NCBI GenBank assembly: GCA_947628815.1
Contig: CANRBJ010000004.1
Coordinates: 28,355 to 92,354, forward strand
Length of the DNA stretch: 64,000 bases
Reading direction: 5' to 3'
From: an uncultured Clostridia bacterium
GTDB lineage: Bacteria; Bacillota; Clostridia; TANB77; CAG-508
Below, in pieces: positions 43,901-54,314 of the stretch (positions within the stretch are counted from its first letter, which is position 1; each line of letters starts with the position of its first letter). A program made the position numbers and the translations under genes. The notes under the pieces are model-generated. The model worked only from the letters and a program-made list of their open reading frames with translations. It did not search any database and was not told the DNA's origin.

Positions 43901-46136
43901 ATGAATTTTAAACAATGGGATGGATTTACAAAAGGTGATTGGCAAAAGGATATTGATGTAAGAGCTTTTATTCAAGCAAATTATACACCATATGAAGGAG
44001 ATTCAAGCTTTTTAGCTGGGCCAACCGAAGATACAAAAAAATTATGGAATGAAGTTTTAGATTTATATAAGAAAGAAAAAGAAAATGGCGGAGTGCTCGA
44101 TATTGATACAAAAACTATTTCAACTATTACTGCTCATGATGCTGGGTATATAGATAAGGATTTGGAAAAAATTGTTGGTTTACAAACAGACAAGCCTTTA
44201 AAAAGAGCAATTATGCCTTTTGGTGGTATTAAAATTGTTGAAAAATCTTGTGCTGCATATGGAAGAGAAGTTGATAAAGATGTAGATTATGTTTTTAATA
44301 ATATTAGAAGAACACATAATGACGGCGTATTTAGTGTATATACTCCAGATATTCGTGCAGCTAGAAGTTCTCATTTAATAACTGGGCTTCCTGATGGATA
44401 CGGCCGTGGAAGAATTATTGGAGATTATAGGCGTGTTGCATTATATGGAATAGATACATTAATTAAAGAAAAAGAAAATGATTTACTAGACTTAAATGTA
44501 GATGTTTTAACTGAAAGTATTATTCAAGAAAGAGAAGAGATTCACGATCAAATTGCGGCTTTAAAAGCTTTAAAAGAAATGGCTTCAAAATACGGGTTTG
44601 ATATATCTCTTCCTGCAAGTAATGCAAAAGAAGCTATCCAGTGGACATATTTTGCTTATCTTGCTGCCGTAAAAGATCAAAATGGTGCTGCAATGAGTTT
44701 GGGTAGAACCTCTACTTTCTTAGATATCTATATTGAAAGAGATTTAAAAAACGGAACTTTAACAGAAGTTGAAGCTCAAGAATTAATGGACCATTTTGTT
44801 ATGAAATTAAGAATGATAAGATTTTTGCGTACTCCTGAATATAACGAACTATTTAGTGGAGACCCTGTATGGGTTACAGAATCTATTGGCGGAATGGGAA
44901 TTGATGGTAGAACTTTGGTTACTAAAAATTCATATAGAATTTTATATACACTCGTAAACTTAGGGCCTGCGCCAGAACCAAATATGACTGTACTTTGGTC
45001 TACTAGATTACCTAAATCTTTTAAAGATTTTTGTGCAAATTTATCTATTAAAACATCTTCTATTCAATATGAAAATGACGATTTAATGAGAAAATATTGG
45101 GGAGATGATTATGGTATTGCTTGTTGTGTATCTGCTATGAGAATAGGAAAACAAATGCAATTTTTCGGTGCAAGATGTAACCTTGCAAAAACTTTACTTT
45201 ATGCTATTAATGGTGGTAGAGATGAAATTTCTGGTAAGCAAGTTACGCCAAAATTTGAAAAAATTACTGGAAAATACCTAGAGTATGATGAAGTAATGGA
45301 AAAATTTAATAATATGATGGATTATGTTGCAAAAATTTATATAAAAGCTTTAAATGCTATTCATTATATGCACGATAAATATTCATATGAAGCAATTGAA
45401 ATGGCTTTACATGATAGAGTAATTTTAAGAACTATGGCATGTGGAATTGCTGGTTTATCTGTTGTAGCCGATTCTTTATCTGCTATTAAATATGCTAAAG
45501 TTGAAGTTATACGTGACGATACTGGCCTTGCAATTGATTACAAAATTGAAGGTGATTTTCCAAAGTACGGTAATGATGATGATAAAGTTGATGATATTGC
45601 TGTAATGCTTGTAAAAACTTTCCTAAAAAAATTACAAAAGTATCAAACTTATCGTAATGCAAAAACTACTATGTCTATTCTTACTATTACATCTAATGTT
45701 GTTTATGGAAAAGCAACCGGAAATACTCCAGATGGAAGACGTGCAGGAGAACCATTTGGACCTGGTGCAAATCCTTTACATGGAAGAGATACAAGTGGTG
45801 CGCTTGCAGTTATGAATTCAGTTGCAAAACTTCCTTATGAATATGCAGAAGATGGTATTTCTTACACATTTTCTATTACACCTGCTACTCTTGGAAAAGA
45901 TGAAGAAGCAAGAGTAAATAACTTGGTTAATATGCTAGATGGATATTTTATGCGGAGAAGGTCATCATATAAATGTAAATGTATTTGATAGAGCACTTCT
46001 TGAAGACGCTATGGAACATCCTGAAAATTATCCTCAATTAACTATTCGTGTATCTGGATATGCAGTTCACTTTACAAAACTTACACGTGAACAGCAATTA
46101 GATGTTATTCATAGAACTATACACGAAAGAATTTAG
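43901..46136 (+). CDS. pflB: Pyruvate formate-lyase, +1 frameshift at CGG 45953-45955 (744 aa joined)
   Basis: IACCVS active site; ATG C-GGA GAA GGT CAT CAT ATA AAT enters the frame with the glycyl radical motif IRVSGY. Confidence 0.95.
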
Positions 46137-46194
46137 AAAACCTTTTTTGAGCAAATATTAAATATTTGCTCAAAAATTATTAGGAGAGTTATAT

Positions 46195-46926
46195 ATGGAA
46201 AATTTTGATAAAACAACAATGGCAAGAATTCACTCTATTGAAAGTTTAGGTACAGTTGATGGACCCGGACTTCGCTTTGTTGTATTTATGCAAGGTTGCC
46301 ACCTTCGTTGTAAATACTGCCATAATCGTGATACATGGAATACCCATACTGGTACAGTTATTACTTTAGATGAATTGTTAAATAAAATTTTAAATTATAC
46401 AAACTATTTTAAAGCGTCTTCTGGTGGTGTAACTATTTCTGGTGGAGAACCACTTTTACAAATGGATTTTTTAATTTCTTTATTTAAAAAATTAAAAGAA
46501 CTTTCCATTCATACAGCAATTGATACATCTGGGATGTTTGATTTAACAAAAAAATTGAAAGAACTTATATCACTTACAGATTTATTTTTGTTAGATATTA
46601 AGCACATTGACCCTAAAAAATGTGAAGAATTAGTTGGATTCTCTAATGAGAAAGAACTTGCTTTTGCGCATTACTTAAATGAAATTAAAAAGCCTATTTG
46701 GCTAAGACAAGTTATTATTCCGGGTATTACGGATAATGAAGAAGATTTATTAAAATTAAAAGATTTTATAAAGTCTTTACCTTGCATTGAAAAAGTAGAA
46801 TTATTAAAATATCATGATATGGGTAAGTTTAAATGGGAAAATTTAGGTTTTAAATATGAATTAGATAATATACCAAATGCAACTGATGTTGATATTGAAC
46901 GTGCTAAGTTAATACTTAATATTTAG
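46195..46926 (+). CDS. pflA: PFL activating enzyme
   Basis: DGPG, CHLRCKYC, SGGEP. Confidence 0.96.
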   Translation: MENFDKTTMARIHSIESLGTVDGPGLRFVVFMQGCHLRCKYCHNRDTWNTHTGTVITLDELLNKILNYTNYFKASSGGVTISGGEPLLQMDFLISLFKKLKELSIHTAIDTSGMFDLTKKLKELISLTDLFLLDIKHIDPKKCEELVGFSNEKELAFAHYLNEIKKPIWLRQVIIPGITDNEEDLLKLKDFIKSLPCIEKVELLKYHDMGKFKWENLGFKYELDNIPNATDVDIERAKLILNI

Positions 46927-46966
46927 AAAAACCCCAAGTTGTGCAATAACACAACTTGGGGTTTTT
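46927..46966. terminator. Bidirectional terminator
   Basis: AAAAACCCCAAGTTGTG..CACAACTTGGGGTTTTT. Confidence 0.85.
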
Positions 46967-46969
46967 ATT

Positions 46970-47836
46970 TTAAAATGTAATACCTATTAGTTCTAATAGC
47001 ACTCCCGCTATAACTCCTATTATATATAACAACATTATAATTTTTATATTCTCTTTCATATTTTTATTTACTCTAAAAAGAATTAAAATTCCAACACCTG
47101 CTCCTACTAATAATCCAGAAATCATTGTTGCAGGAGTAATTACTTGCGACAAATATAACTCTGTTAATATAACTGATGAAGCACAATTAGGTATTAAGCC
47201 TATAATTCCTGCAACCATTGGCCCTAATATTGGTTTATTTAATATAAGATTTGATAGCTTGTCCTCTCCAATTAAATGGATAATCGTGTTTAATATAAAA
47301 GATATTATTATAATATACAAAAATATATTAATAGTGTGTTTTATTGATGACTTTAAAATACCTCCTTCTTCACAATGACAATGTTCGTGTTCACATATTT
47401 CAACTATTTTTTCTTCTTCATTTGGTTTGTTTTTATTGAAAGTGCGTGTTATGAAATCTATAATAAATCCTGCTACTATACCAATTAACAGTTTTATTCC
47501 TAATATTTTTAATATTACATTAATAGGTACTGCTTCTGATATTAGAATTGGAAGCATTTCATCAGAGGTTGATAAAAATATTGCAATTAATGTTCCTAGT
47601 GCTATAATTCTTCCTGCATATAAGTTGGCAGCTATTGCAGAAAAACCGCATTGTGGAAATATTCCTAAAATTCCACCTATAAATGGTCCATATTCTCCTG
47701 ATTTTTGAATTATTTTTTTTGTTTTATTACTTGTTTTATGCTCTACATATTCCATAATTAAATATGCAATCCATAAAAATGGTAATAACTTTATACTATC
47801 CATTAGTGTATCAATAACAACATCTAACATTTTCAT
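46970..47836 (-). CDS. Putative metal transporter (ArsP_2 / manganese transporter family)
   Basis: PQCGFS, STSDE, His/Cys-rich loop, PNCASS. Confidence 0.8.
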   Translation of the reverse strand: MKMLDVVIDTLMDSIKLLPFLWIAYLIMEYVEHKTSNKTKKIIQKSGEYGPFIGGILGIFPQCGFSAIAANLYAGRIIALGTLIAIFLSTSDEMLPILISEAVPINVILKILGIKLLIGIVAGFIIDFITRTFNKNKPNEEEKIVEICEHEHCHCEEGGILKSSIKHTINIFLYIIIISFILNTIIHLIGEDKLSNLILNKPILGPMVAGIIGLIPNCASSVILTELYLSQVITPATMISGLLVGAGVGILILFRVNKNMKENIKIIMLLYIIGVIAGVLLELIGITF

Positions 47837-47895
47837 TTCTCCCTATTAAATATACGTTATATAATACCATAATTTTTAGTTTTTGACAAGGAGTT

Positions 47896-48751
47896 TTATT
47901 CTAATATTTTCCTTATTTTATCTAAATTTTTTATAACACAATCATATCCATATTTATAACAACTATCAAGTTTCCCGAGTATCTAATAGTCCTACTTTAT
48001 CTGTATATACACTTAATACAAGGTCGCTCATTTCTAAGTTTTCTTCCGAAATTTTATTGCCCATAATATCTATTGTTTTCATTATAATATCCATAATATT
48101 GCTATCCTCTGTAATAGGATCTGCATCAAATTTTACAGCAATTACTTTGTCTGCTCCTTGTTTTTTTACTTCATGTACTGGTACATTATCTAGTGCTCCT
48201 CCATCCATAAAAGCATGGTCTCTGAACTTACAAGGTGTAAATACTGCTGGAAAACTGCTGCTTGCTCTAACAGCTTTTCCTACTGTTATGTCTGTTATAT
48301 ATTGTTCTAAATTTTCCGAAGTTTCTGGAATTTTATTTGTTATAATGTATTCTTTAGAATTTGCGATATCAACTGTAGGTATTACAATTGGCATTTCTAT
48401 TTCATCAATTTTTCTTATTCCTTTTTTTAATGCTATTTTATTGTATATGTTTTCAATACTTCTTCCAGATTTTAAGCCTTTAAATGTATTCTTTTTATTT
48501 ATCATAAAATTTCCTATTCCCGATATAATTGGTCCTGTATTAATCTCCACTAATTCTTTTGAATATCTCTTAAATAGTATGTAAATATAATAAGGGGAAT
48601 ATCCCATAGCATATAAACTTGCAACCAAGCTTCCAGCACTGGTTCCACCTATTATATCAATTTTAATATTATTATCTTCTAGGGCTTTTAATACCCCTGC
48701 ATGAGCAATCCCTCTAATTCCACCACCAGATAATGCAATGCCTAGCTTCAT
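47896..48751 (-). CDS. Patatin-like phospholipase, +1 frameshift at CGG 47977-47975 (284 aa joined)
   Basis: GGGIRG, GTSAG, DGG; ACT C-GGG AAA CTT GAT adds the C-terminal helix GKLDSCYKYGYDCVIKNLDKIRKILE. Confidence 0.88.
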
Positions 48752-48868
48752 TCTAACACCTTCTCTTACTAATATAAAAATAGTATTTACAACTTATTAT
48801 ATGATTAAACATAAATTGGTGCTAAAATTAAAATAGCATAATAAAAAGCAATGCTATTTATTATACTA

Positions 48869-49111
48869 TTATTTTTCTAATCTACTATTTAAGTATAAAT
48901 CATCTGGGTTAATATCTTCACCTGTTTCCCATTCTATAGTTATTCCTGCTGGCCTTACTGTTCTAAATAGTTCCATATTTTTTAATTTTTTAAAACACTC
49001 ATATTTGAAGTTTTTCTTCATATCATATACCTTTTTTTCTCCTGTTTCAAAATAAAGTAATAATTCATAGTTATCTAAAACTTCTACTTTTGTAATTTTT
49101 GGTGTTATCAT
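48869..49111 (-). CDS. DUF2442 putative antitoxin
   Basis: ITKVEVLDNYELLL.F, IEW..DINPD.LY; downstream of a DUF4160 gene. Confidence 0.8.
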   Translation of the reverse strand: MITPKITKVEVLDNYELLLYFETGEKKVYDMKKNFKYECFKKLKNMELFRTVRPAGITIEWETGEDINPDDLYLNSRLEK

Positions 49112-49133
49112 TAATTTTTCCCCCCATTATTTT

Positions 49134-49400
49134 CTATTTCAAAGGTTCAATTTTAAAATACCCTTTTCCATCTAAGGCTAACTTCCATAACTCAATCAAT
49201 TCTTTTTTATGAATAATAATCCATGCCTCTACGATTTTTTTCTTTTTCATTGGTATATTCCCTTCTATAATTTTACCTTCTAAATCAAATACAGCTTCTT
49301 TTCCATTATATGATGTATGTAAATGCGGGAATTTATGCTGTTCATTATCTTTAAAATACATTCTTATGGTTATTCCATAAAATTGTGAAATAATTGGCAT
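49134..49400 (-). CDS. DUF4160 putative toxin
   Basis: MPIISQFYGITIRMY..H..PHLH, ELIELW. Confidence 0.85.
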   Translation of the reverse strand: MPIISQFYGITIRMYFKDNEQHKFPHLHTSYNGKEAVFDLEGKIIEGNIPMKKKKIVEAWIIIHKKELIELWKLALDGKGYFKIEPLK

Positions 49401-49487
49401 TTTGTATTCCTCCTTAATAATAACATATATTTTTCAAAAATGCAAAAAAGAGGAGTTATTTTTTAACCCCCCTTATAAATATTTTTA

Positions 49488-49772
49488 TTAGTTTTCAGCA
49501 TATGGTAACATTGCAATATGTCTACATCTTTTTATTGCTACTGTAATATCTCTTTGATGTTTTGCACAAGCTCCTGTTGCTCTTCTTGGTAATATTTTTC
49601 CTTTTTCATTTATGAATTTTCTTAATTGCTCTGGATTTTTATAATCTAAAACGAAATCTTTATCACTGCATAATGCACATACTTTTTTTCTCATTTTTCT
49701 GAATTTTGGATTATAATCTTCATCACCATTATTCACACGATTTCTTCTATTGTTTTGTTTTTTGTCTGCCAT
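49488..49772 (-). CDS. rpsR: 30S ribosomal protein S18
   Basis: [17 protein letters not shown]. Confidence 0.97.
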   Translation of the reverse strand: MADKKQNNRRNRVNNGDEDYNPKFRKMRKKVCALCSDKDFVLDYKNPEQLRKFINEKGKILPRRATGACAKHQRDITVAIKRCRHIAMLPYAEN

Positions 49773-49796
49773 TTTATTTTCCCCCCTTCTTAGTTT

Positions 49797-50216
49797 TTAG
49801 AATGGTAGGTCGTCATTAGAAGAAATTTCAAATTCTGGACTTGTTGCTGCTACATCTCCGAATGTGTTTTCAAAACTTGAATCGGCTGTAGCATCTCTTT
49901 TGCTATCTGCAAAATATGCTTCTTCTGCAACAACTTCTGTTACATAGTGTTTTTGACCTTGGTCATCATCCCATGTTCTTGTTTGAATTCTTCCAATTAT
50001 TCCTACTTGTTGACCTTTTTTGAAATATTTGCTACAAAATTCACCAGTTTTACTCCATGCTACTATGTTTATAAAATCTGCTTGTCTTTCTTCTCCTTGA
50101 CGTACAAATCTTCTATTTACTGCAATTGAAAAACTTGCTACTAGTGTATTGTTTGTTTGTGTATATCTTACTTCTGGATCTCTTGTTAATCTTCCCATTA
50201 AAATTACTTTATTCAT
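49797..50216 (-). CDS. ssb: Single-stranded DNA-binding protein
   Basis: MNKVILMGRLTRDPE, DDLPF tail. Confidence 0.97.
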   Translation of the reverse strand: MNKVILMGRLTRDPEVRYTQTNNTLVASFSIAVNRRFVRQGEERQADFINIVAWSKTGEFCSKYFKKGQQVGIIGRIQTRTWDDDQGQKHYVTEVVAEEAYFADSKRDATADSSFENTFGDVAATSPEFEISSNDDLPF

Positions 50217-50313
50217 ATATTATTCCTCACCTTTCTAAGGTTCCTATCAAATAGTATTCCTATTTGTATTTCTTAATTTTTAAAGTCAACTATTAATTAT
50301 TTTTCTAATAAAA

Positions 50314-50598
50314 TTAGTCTTCTTTTCTTACTACGATAAATTTAATAACTTCATCTGTAATTCTGTAGTTTCTTTCTAATTCTGCAATTAGTTCTGGTTT
50401 TGCTTCGAAGTTAAATAATATGTAATATCCTTCTTTATTTTTCTTAACTTCATAAGCTAATTTTCTTTTTCCCATTTCTTCTACAGATTCTACTTTTCCT
50501 TGTGTATTAATTAGTTCAGAAAATTTTGTAATAAGGTTTTTTATTCCCTCTTCTTCAACTACTGGACTAATAATGACAACACTTTCGTATTTATTCAT
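50314..50598 (-). CDS. rpsF: 30S ribosomal protein S6
   Basis: YE, GKRKLAYE, rpsF-ssb-rpsR order. Confidence 0.97.
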   Translation of the reverse strand: MNKYESVVIISPVVEEEGIKNLITKFSELINTQGKVESVEEMGKRKLAYEVKKNKEGYYILFNFEAKPELIAELERNYRITDEVIKFIVVRKED

Positions 50599-50603
50599 TA
50601 TAT

Positions 50604-50651
50604 CACCTCCTTATGGATAAATAACCCATACTTCCCAATGTATGAGTAAGG
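50604..50651 (-). promoter_or_regulatory. Probable S6:S18 leader RNA
   Basis: CCTTACTCATAC..GTATGGGT..TCC-ATAAGGAGG hairpin pairing with the RBS. Confidence 0.55.
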
Positions 50652-50775
50652 AAAAAAGCTATGCTTTTTTTCAAACATTGCAATTTTATCACATTTTTTA
50701 TCAATTGTCAAACATTTTTTCTTATGATTTTTTTCCCTGGTAAAGCAAAAATAGCGGGATCCCCCGCTACTTTTG

Positions 50776-50952
50776 CTATTTTTCTACACTTCTATTTGCT
50801 ATTTCTATTGCTTTTTTAACTATATTTCCACAATCTTTTGAGGATACATTTCCCCAACTTCCTCCGTCTTTTTTTACTTGTTCATATACTCCTAATTCTT
50901 TTGCTATTTCTTCTCTTAAATTGTTAGAAATCAATTTTGAATTTCTACTCAT
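50776..50952 (-). CDS. Small acid-soluble spore protein (SspF-like)
   Basis: ATG 50952 after GAGGAGG; EIAKELG..WG.VSSKDCGNIVK. Confidence 0.85.
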   Translation of the reverse strand: MSRNSKLISNNLREEIAKELGVYEQVKKDGGSWGNVSSKDCGNIVKKAIEIANRSVEK

Positions 50953-51123
50953 TTTTAATACCTCCTCTTTATAGAGTAGTTTTTCTGAAAATATTTTTAA
51001 TTCTCTTTTAAAAAGATTATCAAAGAATTGACGTTTTTTAATTTTTAATATTTTCATAACCATATTATATGTCGTTTTTTTGTTTTTATCATAGAATTTT
51101 TTTGAAATTTTTCTAATTTTTTG

Positions 51124-52509
51124 TTACATTGTAAGAATTCCATCTGGTGTATCTTGTATTACTAAAATATCTTCTTCTCTTCCTGTTTCAGCATTTATAT
51201 ATACTAAAAATTGCGTTCCATCTACACTTCCTTTAAATTCCCAACATAGTAATTCTGTTTGAAATTCAGTTGGTATGATTGCTAATGATTCAGATTCTAT
51301 TTCTAAATTTTTATTGATTGTTTTTTTGGCTTGTTCTTTTGATATTTTCACATCTGGTAAGTTTCTTTCTTCATGTGAATTTAGGTATCCAGTTGTTTCC
51401 ATTCCTAATACTTCGCCATTATCTAATGCTATTTTTAGCTTAATTAAATCTGGATACACTGTTACATCATTTTGCAAATACGCATAATTTATAGTTAATA
51501 TTCCTTGTTGTTTTAAATAATATGTTTCTTTCATATTTGGAAATCCTTTTTTATTTAAGAAATCTTTTCCAATTTTATTTGCTTCTTCAATTGATATACT
51601 TTCTGCTTCTACATCACGATTATAATTTGCAAATACTATATGCCCTCCTTTTTTCGAAATAGAAATACTTGCATTACCGTCTTCTTCTTTAACTTTAACA
51701 TAAAAATCAAACGATGGTATATTTCCATTTTCAGATAATCCATTAGATATTATTTCTTCTATTTTTTCTTGACCAAAAAATTCTTTTACAATTTCATTTG
51801 CTTTTTCTTCATCTATATCATCTCCAGTTAGCCCTTTTCTTTCGGGATTTGTCATATGTTCTGAAAAGGCTCCATCATAAATAAGACCTGAATATTCATG
51901 GAAATTTTCTTCTAGGTTTGAAAAACTATCTTGGGAAAGATTACTTACTTGCTGTGCAAATGCTCTTGTTCCTTTTTTTGTTAGTTCATCCCAACTAATT
52001 CGCCCATCATTCATATCAGCAGATAGTTGAATTAGAGTGTTTTTTAATTCTACACTATAATCGTGTAATGAGGTTAAATTGTTTAAATCTTCTTGTGTTA
52101 GACCTTCATTATATATATTTTTTCTTGATAAACTATAACTATAATCACTTACTTGATTTAAAAATTTTGCAGTATTTGATAACTCTCCACTACCAATTGG
52201 AAGTTGTGATAGATATGTTTGGGCAAGATCTGCTTCTCTCCATACATGTGTTAATGTTTCTGCTCCATGTTCTGGTGTTGTAGAAATAAGCGATTTTGCA
52301 AGATATGTTTCTACATTTTGCACATAGTCCACTAACTCAAAAAATGCCATATTATACGCATTATTTGATGCTTGCCTATAATCTCTTTGTTTTTTATAAG
52401 TAAATACTCCAAGACCTATAATAATTGCGCCTAATACCACAATTACACTTAGCATATGCCTATCTTTTAATCTTTCTTTCCAATCTATTAATTTTTCTTT
52501 TAAATTCAT
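51124..52509 (-). CDS. ypeB: Germination protein YpeB
   Basis: KFLNQVSDYS, LIYDGAFSEH, PepSY repeats; downstream of sleB. Confidence 0.92.
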   Translation of the reverse strand: MNLKEKLIDWKERLKDRHMLSVIVVLGAIIIGLGVFTYKKQRDYRQASNNAYNMAFFELVDYVQNVETYLAKSLISTTPEHGAETLTHVWREADLAQTYLSQLPIGSGELSNTAKFLNQVSDYSYSLSRKNIYNEGLTQEDLNNLTSLHDYSVELKNTLIQLSADMNDGRISWDELTKKGTRAFAQQVSNLSQDSFSNLEENFHEYSGLIYDGAFSEHMTNPERKGLTGDDIDEEKANEIVKEFFGQEKIEEIISNGLSENGNIPSFDFYVKVKEEDGNASISISKKGGHIVFANYNRDVEAESISIEEANKIGKDFLNKKGFPNMKETYYLKQQGILTINYAYLQNDVTVYPDLIKLKIALDNGEVLGMETTGYLNSHEERNLPDVKISKEQAKKTINKNLEIESESLAIIPTEFQTELLCWEFKGSVDGTQFLVYINAETGREEDILVIQDTPDGILTM

Positions 52510-52531
52510 AGTTCTCTTCCTTTCACAATAT

Positions 52532-53011
52532 TTATTTACAAAATTTATGTTTTCCTATTGTTTTTACAACTGGTCTTGACCATATCCATTTGTTTGTTGC
52601 TGTTGCAGGGTTAAAATAATAAATACAACCATTTGTTGGATCCCATCCATTTAAAGCATCACGAGCAGCTTTTAGTACAGTTGAACCTTCTTTAATTGGT
52701 ACATTAATTTGACCATCTGCTACTGCTGTAAAAGCTCCACTTTCATAAATAACACCTGCTATTGTATTTGGGAAATTTGAATTTTTTACACGATTTAAAA
52801 TAACTGCCCCAACTGCAACTTGGCCCTCATATGGTTCTCCTCTTGCTTCTCCATTTATTGCTCTTGCTAACAATTGCACATCTTGAGTAGTATTACTTGC
52901 TTTGGCATATACATCACTTTTATTAATCTCCATATCCATTATCATAATTATTTCCAAAATAAAAATTGTTATTAAGATAAGAATACTTAATGTTTTTGCT
53001 ATATTTTTCAT
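52532..53011 (-). CDS. sleB: Spore cortex-lytic enzyme (catalytic domain only)
   Basis: GEARGEPYEGQVAVGAVILNR, YYFNP, WIWSRP. Confidence 0.9.
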   Translation of the reverse strand: MKNIAKTLSILILITIFILEIIMIMDMEINKSDVYAKASNTTQDVQLLARAINGEARGEPYEGQVAVGAVILNRVKNSNFPNTIAGVIYESGAFTAVADGQINVPIKEGSTVLKAARDALNGWDPTNGCIYYFNPATATNKWIWSRPVVKTIGKHKFCK

Positions 53012-53139
53012 TTCTTACCTCCAATTAGTTTTATCTTTATTTTGCTATTTTTTTCAATTTTTATTCTTATTTTTTTTGATATTTTTATTTTTATATGATA
53101 AAATTTTATTATCAAAATTAAAAATGTGAGGAAACCAAT

Positions 53140-54266
53140 ATGAAAAAAGTTCTAATTTTTTATGCAGCATATGGTGGTGGTCATTTATCTGCTGCTCGTT
53201 CTATTAAAGAATACTTAGAAGATCATTTTGATGATGTTGATATTCGTTTAGTAGATTGTATGAAATATGTTAATAAAGCAATTGAGAAGTTAACTACTAC
53301 TGCTTATAATGAAATGGCTAAAAAAGTTCCATGGGCATGGGGAAAAATTTATTCAAAATCTCAGAAGGGGCCAATTGCTCAAATTAGTAATACTTCTAAT
53401 AAAATTTTAGCTTTAAAATTAAATAAATTGTTACAAGAGTATGAGCCTGATGTTATTATTTCTACACATCCTTTTGGTTCACAAATGTGTACTGTATTAA
53501 AGTCAAGAGGAAAAATTCATGCAAAAATTGCAACTGTTATGACAGATTATGCTCCACATGATCAATGGCTTGTAAATTCTTATCTAGTAGATTATTTTTT
53601 TGTTGCACATGATGGTATGAAACTTGCACTAGAAAAAAAAGGAATTCCGAAGGATAAAATTTTTGCAACAGGTATACCTTTATCTAATCGCTTTTTGAAG
53701 AGTTATCATAAAGAAGAGATTTTAAAAGAATTTGGATTACAACAGAATAAAAAAACTATTTTATTTTTTGCAGGTGGTGAGTTTGGTCTTCGGAAAATCT
53801 AAGACCTATAGTTTACTACAAACTCTAGCCCAAAATTTTGATAATTTGCAAGTTGTTGCAATTTCTGGTAGAAATGAAAAAATGAAACGTAGTTTTGAAT
53901 ATTTAGTTGAAAAAGAGCATAAGGAAGATAGCATAAAAGTACTTGATTATACTACTAAAATTCCTGAACTTATGAGTATTTCAGATTTAGTAATTACAAA
54001 ACCTGGTGGACTTACTACTACTGAAAGTTTAGCTTCACGGTTTACCTATTATTGTTATTAACCCAATTCCTGGGCAAGAGGAAGAAAATGCTGAATTTTT
54101 GGAGAGTAAGCATGTTGCAATATGGATACATAAAAATGATGATGTAAAAGATATTTTAGAAAATTTATTTTCTTCTCCGGAAAAAATGAAGGAAATGAAA
54201 ATTCAAGCAAGGCTTCTTGCTAAGAAAAATTCTTGTAAAGATATTTGTGAAATTATTTTTAAATAA
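53140..54266 (+). CDS. ugtP: Diacylglycerol glycosyltransferase (MGDG synthase/UgtP), two +1 frameshifts at CGG 53791 and CGG 54038 (374 aa joined)
   Basis: GGGH, STHP, TDY, GIP; CTT C-GGA AAA; TKPGGLTTTESLAS C-GGT LPII..PIPGQEEEN. Confidence 0.9.
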
Positions 54267-54267
54267 A

Positions 54268-54310
54268 ATTAAAAAATAGAAGTTACCTTAAGTAACTTCT
54301 ATTTTTTAAT
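54268..54310. terminator. Bidirectional terminator
   Basis: ATTAAAAAATAGAAGTTAC..GTAACTTCTATTTTTTAAT. Confidence 0.85.
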
Positions 54311-54314
54311 TTTA

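Noticed and set aside
45939-46136. Stand-alone GrcA-like glycyl radical protein
   Set aside because: No clear RBS; it is the +1 continuation of pflB.
50953-51063. N-terminal extension of the SASP ORF
   Set aside because: A strong RBS places the start at 50952.
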